IMG/VR virus record: IMGVR_UViG_3300037493_005316
DNA: 61,644 nt
DNA from: an uncultured virus (IMG/VR IMGVR_UViG_3300037493_005316)
Lineage: Duplodnaviria; Heunggongvirae; Uroviricota; Caudoviricetes
Strand: one strand, 5' to 3'
This document shows, one piece after another, positions 39,142 to 47,303 of this stretch. Each line of letters opens with the position of its first letter. The stretch's first letter is position 1. Made by a program: the position numbers and the translations under genes. Below the pieces are notes generated by a model, which searched no databases, was not told where the DNA came from, and saw only the letters and a list, made by a program, of their open reading frames with translations.

Positions 39142-41555
39142 TTCGCCACCTTCATCAAAGCGTTCTCGCTCTCTTTCGCCTTTGCGCTCCAGTACGTGAG
39201 CCGCGCCTTGATGATCTCGACGTACTCAGCTTCACGTTCAATCAAAACGGGGCGGAACCCTTCCAGCACAGCCGCGCAACCCGTAGATCCACTTCCCGCG
39301 AAGGGGTCGAGAACGATCCCCCCTGGAGGCGTGACGAGCGTGATCAGCCACTTCATCAGGGCGATCGATTTCAGCGTCGGATGGGTGTTCCCACGAGATC
39401 CACCGCTCGCGGACTTCAACTCCCCGCAACCCGCTTCACGCTCTTTCGTGCTTGGCTTCGCGAAGTAGTGAAAGGGCGCTTTAAGCTCGGAGAGTCCTGC
39501 GGATCCGAGAACAGGGTCCTCTTGTTCCGCGGACCAATCAAACGTCGGGAACATACGGGAAGCGCCACCGCTGTCGCCCCGAACGAAAGGGGCCGAGGAC
39601 TTTCGATTGAACGAAGGGATGGCCTCGTTTCCCGACTTCTTGTTGTCCCCAGTGGCGCCTCCACCAGACATTCCTGGGCGAGCGCCGCTCTGCGCATCCA
39701 ACTCGGCGACCGGACACCCTTCCACACACGTCCAGGTCGCGACTTCCTGATCCCCATGCAACGATCCGTGAGGCACACCGTCGGATTTTACTTCCCCGAC
39801 GTTGTAGAACCCAGGCTCCCGAGGGGAGTAGTCGGGGGTACGGTTGTCCCCCTTTACGACGACGGTGCCTGTACGAATGCACCCCGTTGTGCGGCTTAGC
39901 TCAAAACAGGGGGCCAGCAGAGGATGAAGCATGTAGCCAGCCACTTCAAGTTCGAGTTCTCCAGGCGTAACGCACGAAGTTCCCGATCCGCCGCTCGATG
40001 ATCCTTCGAGTGCTCCGTCCGGTCCACTACCTCCAAGTTTTCCGGCCGATTGTCCCCCTTCTCCCCGTTTTTGTGATGCACTACCTCGCTCCGGTGCAGG
40101 GGCCGCCCTAACACCCTCGCCATCGTGATTCGGTGTTCCAGAATGTATGCCCTTCCGGGGTTCATATGAGCCGCCAACACCTGATCTTCCGGTGTCAGTA
40201 GGGCCACAATCGTATGAACGTACCCCGCCGTGTCCGTAGTTCTCCCCCCCTTCCACTGGCTCGATTCGGATAGGCGATTCCCCTTCCGAGCGCGCATTTT
40301 CGCCAGGGATGCCTCCGAGTGGCGCTTCCCTGTCCGTGTGCGCGGAGTCCAGTATTTTCGATGACATGGTTTGGAGCAAAACTTCCGGCGCCCGTTCCGC
40401 ACCCACGCGGGAGTCACTTGGAATGGTGTCGCGCAGTGGAGACAGACAATCGTCACCCATGCGATTTTCCTTATGGCTTTTTTTGACGCTCCAACGCACC
40501 CCTTTGAGCAGTATTTCCGTTTTTTCAGCGCGCTCGGAATCCCCCGAAACTCCGTGCCGCAATGCACGCATGGCTTCGTCAATGCCGTAGTAGGAGTGGA
40601 TCTGGTCACGCATCAACTCCGGGGTGGTGGCCGCCAAAGTATACCACGGAATGATCGCGTGGCTGAACACGGTGTTCGGCGGCCAACGGCCCGTAGCAGA
40701 AAACTCCATATCCGAGCCTCGACCGTCAAGCAGGCCCGCACGGCTCTCTGTATAAACCTTGTCGCTTTTACCGCTCCCCTTATACGTTCGGGTTTCTACT
40801 CCGACCCGGCTCCCGTCGATGTTCAACGCACCCGTGCCATACTTCTGGACGTTCGCCGCGACAGTTTTTTCGGAGCAAGGCTTACGGCAGAGAATCCAAT
40901 CCTCGCGGGAAGGCTTCAACGCGGTGCCCCATCCGTCCCACTGCTTCGCTGCATCGGTGGCGGGCGCCGTAATCTTAGCTTCCCCTTGCCAACCGTAGGT
41001 TGTTTCTGGGTTTCCAGCCATGTAGGTACCCGTCATTTTCCCAGCGGGGGCGGGGTGGTCGCCCACCACCTCCCGCTCCGCGCCCGCCGCCTTGTCGATT
41101 GCCTTGGATATACTTAGGCTTTTCGGGAATCCACTCAAAAACATGTGTGAAATTACTTCCCTCACCTCGAACCCTGCGTCTTCCAGCGCGGTCGTCGTCC
41201 AATGGACCGTGCGCGGGATGCCCCACACGATCGCGTGTCCACCGGGTTTGAGCACGCGAAGGCACTCGGCGAAGACGGGAGTAATCCCGGAGATAAACTG
41301 ATCCCGGGCACGAAGATGCTCCGCCCTGTTTCCTTTGTGCTGCCCGATGCGCGGGGACTCGATCCCGACAGAGCCCCCATAGACGTTGTAGTTCGCCACA
41401 CCGTCGGGTTTATCCCATTCTTTGCCCATAAAAACTATTCCCGCGGGCGGATCCGTACAGATCGCGTCGATGCTGTTGTCCGGAATGGACTTCAGTACCT
41501 GGGCCGAATCCCCTCGGAACACCTTCGCGCGGAACGGTTTGGACAAGTCGATCAC
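39138..41555 (-). CDS. DNA methyltransferase, N4-C/N6-A, beta class, with ~256-codon in-frame insertion
   Basis: TDPPA, HPTLK and DPFAGSGST. First 16 aa identical to the adjacent MTase. Confidence 0.88.
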   Translation of the reverse strand: MIDLSKPFRAKVFRGDSAQVLKSIPDNSIDAICTDPPAGIVFMGKEWDKPDGVANYNVYGGSVGIESPRIGQHKGNRAEHLRARDQFISGITPVFAECLRVLKPGGHAIVWGIPRTVHWTTTALEDAGFEVREVISHMFLSGFPKSLSISKAIDKAAGAEREVVGDHPAPAGKMTGTYMAGNPETTYGWQGEAKITAPATDAAKQWDGWGTALKPSREDWILCRKPCSEKTVAANVQKYGTGALNIDGSRVGVETRTYKGSGKSDKVYTESRAGLLDGRGSDMEFSATGRWPPNTVFSHAIIPWYTLAATTPELMRDQIHSYYGIDEAMRALRHGVSGDSERAEKTEILLKGVRWSVKKSHKENRMGDDCLSPLRDTIPSDSRVGAERAPEVLLQTMSSKILDSAHTDREAPLGGIPGENARSEGESPIRIEPVEGGENYGHGGVRSYDCGPTDTGRSGVGGSYEPRKGIHSGTPNHDGEGVRAAPAPERGSASQKRGEGGQSAGKLGGSGPDGALEGSSSGGSGTSCVTPGELELEVAGYMLHPLLAPCFELSRTTGCIRTGTVVVKGDNRTPDYSPREPGFYNVGEVKSDGVPHGSLHGDQEVATWTCVEGCPVAELDAQSGARPGMSGGGATGDNKKSGNEAIPSFNRKSSAPFVRGDSGGASRMFPTFDWSAEQEDPVLGSAGLSELKAPFHYFAKPSTKEREAGCGELKSASGGSRGNTHPTLKSIALMKWLITLVTPPGGIVLDPFAGSGSTGCAAVLEGFRPVLIEREAEYVEIIKARLTYWSAKAKESENALMKVAK
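39896..40609 (-). CDS. HNH homing endonuclease nested in the +1 frame of the MTase
   Basis: Two CxxC...(Y/F)CSxxC fingers, QWKGG and YILEHR..MA..LGRPL...EVVHHKNG.K.DNRPENL. Own GGAG RBS and TGgTATACT. Confidence 0.85.
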   Translation of the reverse strand: MTRSTPTTALTKPCVHCGTEFRGIPSALKKRKYCSKGCVGASKKAIRKIAWVTIVCLHCATPFQVTPAWVRNGRRKFCSKPCHRKYWTPRTRTGKRHSEASLAKMRARKGNRLSESSQWKGGRTTDTAGYVHTIVALLTPEDQVLAAHMNPGRAYILEHRITMARVLGRPLHRSEVVHHKNGEKGDNRPENLEVVDRTEHSKDHRAADRELRALRLENSNLKWLATCFILCWPPVLS

Positions 41556-41764
41556 GGTGTAGCCCTCTCAAGTCCTGCCAGAATCGCCCTCGCCATCCCG
41601 ATCCCATCGTCAACGCTCGCGCAGCCCCGGCGCGTGACCCCGAACACTTCCACCTCGAAGTCGCAGGTGTAAACGCCCTTCGGAGCGGGGCGCACCTCGG
41701 CCACATGCCGCTCGCCTTGGAAGGCCGAAGCCTTCGTGGGGTGTCGGTACCAGATGATGTTCAC
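41552..41764 (-). CDS. Small hypothetical protein
   Basis: GTGA overlaps at both ends. Confidence 0.45.
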   Translation of the reverse strand: MNIIWYRHPTKASAFQGERHVAEVRPAPKGVYTCDFEVEVFGVTRRGCASVDDGIGMARAILAGLERATP

Positions 41765-42282
41765 GCGCTCACCACGCGCAGAATCGCGCCCCACGTGGCG
41801 AACGCTGTCTCGAACTTCGTATCGTTACTCCCCCAGTACACAGCCGCTACCGCCATCGGCGCACCCTTATTTCCCCCTCCGATGAACGGAAAGCGCGGCG
41901 TTCCGACGAAACAGATTCGCGAGCACGAAGGAAACACGTATTCTTTCCAGTGGCGGGTATTGGGCGCAACGGGCACGAGTGCGATGACTTCGGAACCCTC
42001 TAAAGCCGAGGTGTGACATCTCTGAAGCCAGTCGCGAATCGTCGTTCCGCGAAGAGCGTCCCTCCCGTACGGAGGGTTACAGAACACCGTTTTGTAAGGG
42101 GTCCACGACAGCGAGAGACCGTCCTGAGGAAGATGGAAAGACGTCGTTGCACGCACAACGGATCCAACTCCTGCACAGGGATCGAGATCGACGGTGCCTA
42201 GAACCTCGTAGACCGACGACAGAAAGGCGGGTGGGGTGAACCACTCCTTGTCTGTTGTGACGCTCTGGCGACCCGCGGTCAC
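41761..42282 (-). CDS. Phage-type N6-adenine DNA methyltransferase (Dam-like)
   Basis: EWFTP, DLDPCA, DGL...W, VFCNPPY and LVP....T.HW. Confidence 0.85.
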   Translation of the reverse strand: MTAGRQSVTTDKEWFTPPAFLSSVYEVLGTVDLDPCAGVGSVVRATTSFHLPQDGLSLSWTPYKTVFCNPPYGRDALRGTTIRDWLQRCHTSALEGSEVIALVPVAPNTRHWKEYVFPSCSRICFVGTPRFPFIGGGNKGAPMAVAAVYWGSNDTKFETAFATWGAILRVVSA

Positions 42283-42563
42283 GGCTTCGTCTCATTCAGG
42301 TATTCGGCAAGCGTATCGCCGTGACACCGCTTGGGAGCACAGAAGCAGCCTAGACGCTTGCCTTTCAGCTCCTCGACACGGCGCTTGAACTCGGGGTCTG
42401 AAGCGATGCGTGCCTGGAAGTAGCCCTTGTACCTCGCCAACACCAACGAGCGCTGGGCTTCCCTGTCCAGGGGAAAAGGGTTGCCGAAGTAGCCGTCCTG
42501 GCCCTTCCCCGCACGGCCAATGTAGACGTCGTAGCCGTCTTTGATGTGCACGACAATTGTCAC
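42279..42563 (-). CDS. DUF4326-like protein
   Basis: YDVYIGR, FGNPF and LKGKRLGCFCAP..CHGD.L. Confidence 0.85.
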   Translation of the reverse strand: MTIVVHIKDGYDVYIGRAGKGQDGYFGNPFPLDREAQRSLVLARYKGYFQARIASDPEFKRRVEELKGKRLGCFCAPKRCHGDTLAEYLNETKP

Positions 42564-42736
42564 GGCCAAACCCCAAGCGTCTTCTGAATTTCCACCCACA
42601 TCGTGTCCCACTCGCTCGACGAAGGACCCTCCTCGCCACGACTGCGCGCACGCGACACGGCCATCGCGTAGTGGAACACCTCACGCCGATCTTGGGCTGC
42701 GAGGCGTTGATACAAAGCGGCGCGCTTGGGATCCAC

Positions 42737-43243
42737 CTACAGATCCTTGCCTGCGTGGATCAATCTCTCCGCCAGGGCCACGGTCCCCTCAAGCGTGTCG
42801 CGGATGCCATACGCCAGCCATGGACCCAGGCGGTGGCGGATGTACTTCTCCCCCGTAAATCCAGGTTCAATACCGATCGCAACACGAGCCCCACGCGCGA
42901 TCGACCACTCCCCCAACTCGAAGCGCGTGGTCTGGGCATACGCACGCTCACAGGAGTGATCCTGCTCCTTCGCGAGCCAGAACAGGATCACGCCCTCGCG
43001 TGCGGCGCGCTGAAGCCAACGCGTCTCCCAATCCACTTGCTCGGCGTACTGGACAGCGCCGAACTCCCCCTCGAAACGTGTGACCCGCTTCGGATTCGCG
43101 ATGTGGATTTCCGGTGCGGACGCGAACATCTCGGTCGCCCGGGGTTGCCAATCCGGCGCCCCCTGAATCGGTCCCGCAAGGAACACGACGGGGCCCGTGA
43201 CCTTGAACGGGTCGGTGGGATCTGGAGGGAGGAAGAGGCTCAT
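42737..43243 (-). CDS. Nucleoside 2-deoxyribosyltransferase-like protein
   Basis: VFLAGPIQGAPDWQ, IANP, QVDWE, ILFWL and TTRFELG. Confidence 0.8.
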   Translation of the reverse strand: MSLFLPPDPTDPFKVTGPVVFLAGPIQGAPDWQPRATEMFASAPEIHIANPKRVTRFEGEFGAVQYAEQVDWETRWLQRAAREGVILFWLAKEQDHSCERAYAQTTRFELGEWSIARGARVAIGIEPGFTGEKYIRHRLGPWLAYGIRDTLEGTVALAERLIHAGKDL

Positions 43244-43434
43244 ACGCTGTCCGTGTCTGAAGGAAGGTCGTTCTTGGGGTCGTCGTCAGCTTGTGGCGTC
43301 TCGGCATACACGTGCTGAGGAGCCTCCGCGTAGGTCGGCTTCCCGAACGGCGAGTCCTCACACACGGGGCACGGCCCGTCGTTCCCCTCGGGGATACGCG
43401 AGCCGCACTTGCCACAAGACGTCGGTGCCATCAC
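43240..43434 (-). CDS. Small Zn-ribbon protein
   Basis: CGKCG...CPVC. Overlap chain. Confidence 0.5.
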   Translation of the reverse strand: MMAPTSCGKCGSRIPEGNDGPCPVCEDSPFGKPTYAEAPQHVYAETPQADDDPKNDLPSDTDSV

Positions 43435-43997
43435 GCGGGCTCGAAGTCTTTGTCGGGAGGTCCGCCCCCGATCGGGCGCATGGGGTCGAGAGGTCCCCCA
43501 GGGAAGTTGAGTACCGCGAAGTTCGGGCGTTCATCTTCCTCGTCGCCGTGCGTCATGCCTGCGAGCTTCACACCCATCTGCGTAGCCATCGGCACCATCG
43601 CAAGTGTCGGCTGCATAAGCGCACCCAACGGGTCTTGAGCGTTCTTGTCCTTCAACAAGAGGATCATCAACTCGTGGGCCAGGGTCACGGGCATCCCGCC
43701 CTCGACCATGGCCTTGTACTTCGCTGCGAGCGCGACTCCGACCGCGTGATGGTTCTCGACCTTCCACGTGTTCCGGTGAACCCAGCTCGCCCCCTGCTCC
43801 AGCAAGGGGCCCAGCTCGGCCATGTCGGCGCTGGTCTCCTTGACCATAGCCACTGCTTCCTTGACCTTCGCGCGAAGACGCTCGATCTTCTCCGCCCCGG
43901 ATGTGTGCTTCTTCGCCTTGTGCTTCTTCATCCTTGGGGGCGTCCGCGGCCCCTTGACCGGACCCTTCCCACTTCCCTTGCCCTTCTTCGTGGTCAT
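43431..43997 (-). CDS. Hypothetical protein with Lys-rich N-terminus
   Basis: AAGGAG RBS. Confidence 0.65.
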   Translation of the reverse strand: MTTKKGKGSGKGPVKGPRTPPRMKKHKAKKHTSGAEKIERLRAKVKEAVAMVKETSADMAELGPLLEQGASWVHRNTWKVENHHAVGVALAAKYKAMVEGGMPVTLAHELMILLLKDKNAQDPLGALMQPTLAMVPMATQMGVKLAGMTHGDEEDERPNFAVLNFPGGPLDPMRPIGGGPPDKDFEPA

Positions 43998-44317
43998 GTG
44001 CTTGCTCCTTGGGTCAAAACGAGATCGATACTTGCCGAAAGACTGTCCTTGAAGCTGGACACCTCGCCACTCAGCCTTTTCAGGGCGTCTTCAAGGTTGG
44101 ACACCTCACTGGTCAGATCGTCCCTGAAGCTGGACAATTCCTGAGTCAGCGTTGTCAGGGTGTCGTCGACATCGGTCAGATCGTCCAGATACCCGTTGCG
44201 TTCAATTGCGAGCACCTGATCGAGCGTGATGTCGTACTTAACCGCACGTGCCTTTGCGCGAGCAAGCCTATGTGCGAATAGTTCATCGTATTGTTGCGGG
44301 GACAGCATGTGTGACAC
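43994..44317 (-). CDS. Hypothetical coiled-coil protein
   Basis: AAGGAG RBS and heptad pattern. Confidence 0.55.
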   Translation of the reverse strand: MSHMLSPQQYDELFAHRLARAKARAVKYDITLDQVLAIERNGYLDDLTDVDDTLTTLTQELSSFRDDLTSEVSNLEDALKRLSGEVSSFKDSLSASIDLVLTQGAST

Positions 44318-44326
44318 GAGGGCTCC

Positions 44327-46327
44327 TTACTCAAACGTGGTGGATTCCCAATCGTCAGGCATCTCGAAGCTGGGAGGGCCGGACGGGGGAGCTGAAACCG
44401 AGGGCGAAGGTGCCGCCGAGGGAGCGGGTGCGGCAGGAGGGGCTTCGACAGCCGCCTTCTTGCGAGGCTTCTTATCAGGCGCGGGCACCGGGGGAGGGGG
44501 AGGAGTAGGAGTCTCGACGGGAATCTCGGTATCGGAAGCCTCCCCTGATGCGTCCGTCGACACCCCGTTCTCTGCGGACGCGAACCCCGACAGGTCCAGC
44601 ACGGTCCAGTCTTTCGGAACGCGCTTCGGGGGCGTCGTCGAGAGCAGGAGGATCTGGTACGGTACCGCTGAGAGAGCCCGCATCACCGCCGAGAGATCAT
44701 CGGGGTGCCACGCCTTCTCCGAAGGCACGACCAAGAGGGCAAAGGGGGGCGGGGTGGACATCGAGTCCAAGATCGCCACCGTAAAAGCGAGCCAGACCAT
44801 CGCCTCCTCGGCACCCGAGAGAACGAGGTTCACGTTCCCGTCGCGTTCAAGGCCGATACGACATACGTCCCTGGACTTTCCGTCGGAGGTCTTGTCGTGC
44901 AGCACGAGGGAGAACCGACGGTCAGGCGGCAGGTACTTCTGCACGCGGTCGCGGAAGATCCCGACACCTTTGTCGAGCAACTCCCACGCCACACTCTCCA
45001 GGTCGTCGGCGTACTTCGACCACCATTTCGCAGACGTGTCGTGCGAAACACTCGCCGCCCGGGCGGTGCGAATCGTCGCCCACTGCTGCTGCAAGCGGAT
45101 GAGCTGCCCGTGAAGGTCCTGCGCGGTGTCGACCATTTCGCGCGCCCTCTCGATCGTGACTCCTTCGCCAAGAGAAGGCATCGAAACTGGATCTGATCCC
45201 TCGATCAACGCGAGGGCTTGCTCCTTCACGGAGAGATCCAATTTCGTCTGCCGAATCATGTCCTCGGCCATGGCTCGGGCTTCGAGAGCCGCGGCGTTGG
45301 TGGCGTGATAGACCTCCAATGCGGATCTGTACTGCTCTGCACGCGCGGCGTCTTCCTCGACGTAGCTCCCCGCAATCCCATCGAGCTGGACGCGCCAGAC
45401 ATCGAGAGACTCCAACGCGACGTCACCCCCGCAGGCGAGACAATTCCGCAGTCCTGCATTCTTCGCGGCACCATTCGCAGTGATGGCAACGGTCACGAGT
45501 GCCCGCATAGGGTCTGTGGGTACAAACTCGGGAGCAGGCATCTTCGGAATCGGGGCCACCAAGTCGATGTTCGCTTCCATCCAGGCAATGTCCTGTCGAG
45601 CCTTTGCGACGTCGGCTTCGATTTGGGGACGGTTCTTGATGGTGGACGCGCGCACGGCCTGCTCGACCACTTCGCGCATACGCTCGATGGCTAAGGTGGC
45701 TTGGCGCATGTCCTCGTCGGTGGGCTCGGCGTCGAGATTTTCCGCGAGCTTCTCGACGAGTGCTGTGTTGCTCTGGAAGTCCTGCTGTTCCTGCTTTGAG
45801 TGATCCCTCGCCTCCCCGATAACGAGGATCATCTGCTCGATGTTCGTAGGAAGCACCTGATCTGCGAGGTCCGGCGACTTCTTCTGGAGCAGCGTGCGGA
45901 TGTCCTGCTCCGTGACCGTCTGCGCCACGAAAGGGAGCAAGAACGTTCGCGCCTTGGCGGAACCCCCACGAAACCCCTCTCGGATCTTCCGCACAGGGAG
46001 ACGCCAAGCATCGACGGAACGCTCCGTAGCTTCTGTGGAGACCAGAGAGCCGTCGGACAAAAGCAGCGTTGCCGAGGCCGGACCCGTGCCGGGGGAAGCA
46101 AAGAAATTGAGATCCCCAGGCTCGAACACGGAATCCTGACCGAGAGCGTCGTCGATCGTGCCCGTCAGGGCAAGCTCACAGGCCCTAGAAATCCTTGACT
46201 TTCCAGCCCCGTTGCGACCCACGACCACCGTGTGCTGCCCGAGAAATACCTCGAACGGACGTCCGGGTCCTGCCTGGATGTTCGTAGTGATCTTGGTGAC
46301 ATGCGGAGCTGCGAAGGGAAGGGGCAC
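44327..46327 (-). CDS. SMC/Rad50-like ATPase
   Basis: Walker A GRNGAGKS, coiled coils, central CLAC hook and LSGAE signature. Walker B is degenerate. Confidence 0.75.
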   Translation of the reverse strand: MPLPFAAPHVTKITTNIQAGPGRPFEVFLGQHTVVVGRNGAGKSRISRACELALTGTIDDALGQDSVFEPGDLNFFASPGTGPASATLLLSDGSLVSTEATERSVDAWRLPVRKIREGFRGGSAKARTFLLPFVAQTVTEQDIRTLLQKKSPDLADQVLPTNIEQMILVIGEARDHSKQEQQDFQSNTALVEKLAENLDAEPTDEDMRQATLAIERMREVVEQAVRASTIKNRPQIEADVAKARQDIAWMEANIDLVAPIPKMPAPEFVPTDPMRALVTVAITANGAAKNAGLRNCLACGGDVALESLDVWRVQLDGIAGSYVEEDAARAEQYRSALEVYHATNAAALEARAMAEDMIRQTKLDLSVKEQALALIEGSDPVSMPSLGEGVTIERAREMVDTAQDLHGQLIRLQQQWATIRTARAASVSHDTSAKWWSKYADDLESVAWELLDKGVGIFRDRVQKYLPPDRRFSLVLHDKTSDGKSRDVCRIGLERDGNVNLVLSGAEEAMVWLAFTVAILDSMSTPPPFALLVVPSEKAWHPDDLSAVMRALSAVPYQILLLSTTPPKRVPKDWTVLDLSGFASAENGVSTDASGEASDTEIPVETPTPPPPPVPAPDKKPRKKAAVEAPPAAPAPSAAPSPSVSAPPSGPPSFEMPDDWESTTFE

Positions 46328-46376
46328 GGGGGCCTCAGAGGGAAACGGGCAGGAACAAACCAGCCCTGGGTATATA

Positions 46377-46670
46377 CTACGTAGTCAACTCGGTAACAAG
46401 GCCCGAATTGGAAATCTTTGGGCGACCCGGCTTCTTGCCTTTTTGCAGGCCCTCCATCACCTTCTCCCGAAACTCCTCGGGGGTCAGACGGCGAAACTGC
46501 CAGCCGTAATCTGCTTTCCAATGTCGAAGCGTGACCGGACTGACCTTCAGGATCTCCGACCACTCTCGTTCGGTGAAACTCGACGCGTTGAGATCCAAAA
46601 GCGCGATCACGCGCTCCTTCTCTTCACGCGTGAATCTGTGAGCAGGTCCGCGCTGCTTTGACGCCGACAT
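46377..46670 (-). CDS. Small HTH protein
   Basis: FTREEKERVI...SEILKVSPVTLRHWK. Confidence 0.6.
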   Translation of the reverse strand: MSASKQRGPAHRFTREEKERVIALLDLNASSFTEREWSEILKVSPVTLRHWKADYGWQFRRLTPEEFREKVMEGLQKGKKPGRPKISNSGLVTELTT

Positions 46671-46936
46671 TACGTCGCCCCGCGCAGCGGAGAGGCAGCA
46701 TCCTGCATGTCGTGCAGGATGGTCGTAAACTCGCGCACCTCGTCACGCGCTTCCGCCAAGTCCTCGGTCAAGTCCACGACGTCCCGCCGAAGTTTCCGAA
46801 GCTCGACTGCGGACTCACACGCAGGGCACCCAAACGGCCCTTCGCCGTGGATCAGGGGCGCGTGCCCGTCCGTGCAGTGGAACAAGCCAAGACGTGTGTC
46901 CAGAAGGGACTTGAATCTCTCGACAGAGACCGTCAC
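46670..46936 (-). CDS. Hypothetical protein (Cys motif plus coiled coil)
   Basis: CTDGH...CPAC and a heptad tail. Confidence 0.5.
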   Translation of the reverse strand: MTVSVERFKSLLDTRLGLFHCTDGHAPLIHGEGPFGCPACESAVELRKLRRDVVDLTEDLAEARDEVREFTTILHDMQDAASPLRGAT

Positions 46937-46958
46937 GCCGCACCCCCGAAGGCGTACG

Positions 46959-47225
46959 TCAGACGGCTACGAGGTCCGAAGCGTCCGTGAGCATCGAGTC
47001 GGGGGCCGTAGCCGACTTCTTGAGTTGCTTCTCTGCCAGCTTCTTCAGGGCCCGCTGATGAGCCTCGACACTCGGGCGACTGTCTCCCGAGAACCACCGG
47101 TACACCGAACGACGATCTGCGCCGATCGCGTGCGCCAAACGGTCGACGGTCCAGCCTCGCGAGAGAAGCAGTTGAACCTCGGGGTGAGGCTCGTATGGCG
47201 GCGACGAGCGACGGGGTCTTGACAT
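46959..47225 (-). CDS. Cro/XRE-like HTH protein
   Basis: GWTVDRLAHAIGADRRSVYRWFSG...P. Confidence 0.7.
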   Translation of the reverse strand: MSRPRRSSPPYEPHPEVQLLLSRGWTVDRLAHAIGADRRSVYRWFSGDSRPSVEAHQRALKKLAEKQLKKSATAPDSMLTDASDLVAV

Positions 47226-47232
47226 GAACCGA

Positions 47233-47261
47233 AATGTACATGGGGCTGTGTCCTCTGTCAA
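47233..47261 (-). promoter_or_regulatory. Sigma70-like, probably leaderless promoter
   Basis: TTGACA-N17-TACATT-N7-ATG with no RBS. Confidence 0.6.
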
Positions 47262-47303
47262 ACGGTGGTGTACGAAGCGGATACGGAGACGTGAACGTAG
47301 CGA

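Noticed and set aside
39888..40655. Intein or group I intron in the MTase
   Set aside because: No Cys/Ser-start or HN-end intein blocks in the MTase frame, and under ~50 nt lie outside the HNH ORF. An intron core overlapping the ORF cannot be fully excluded without a covariance-model search.
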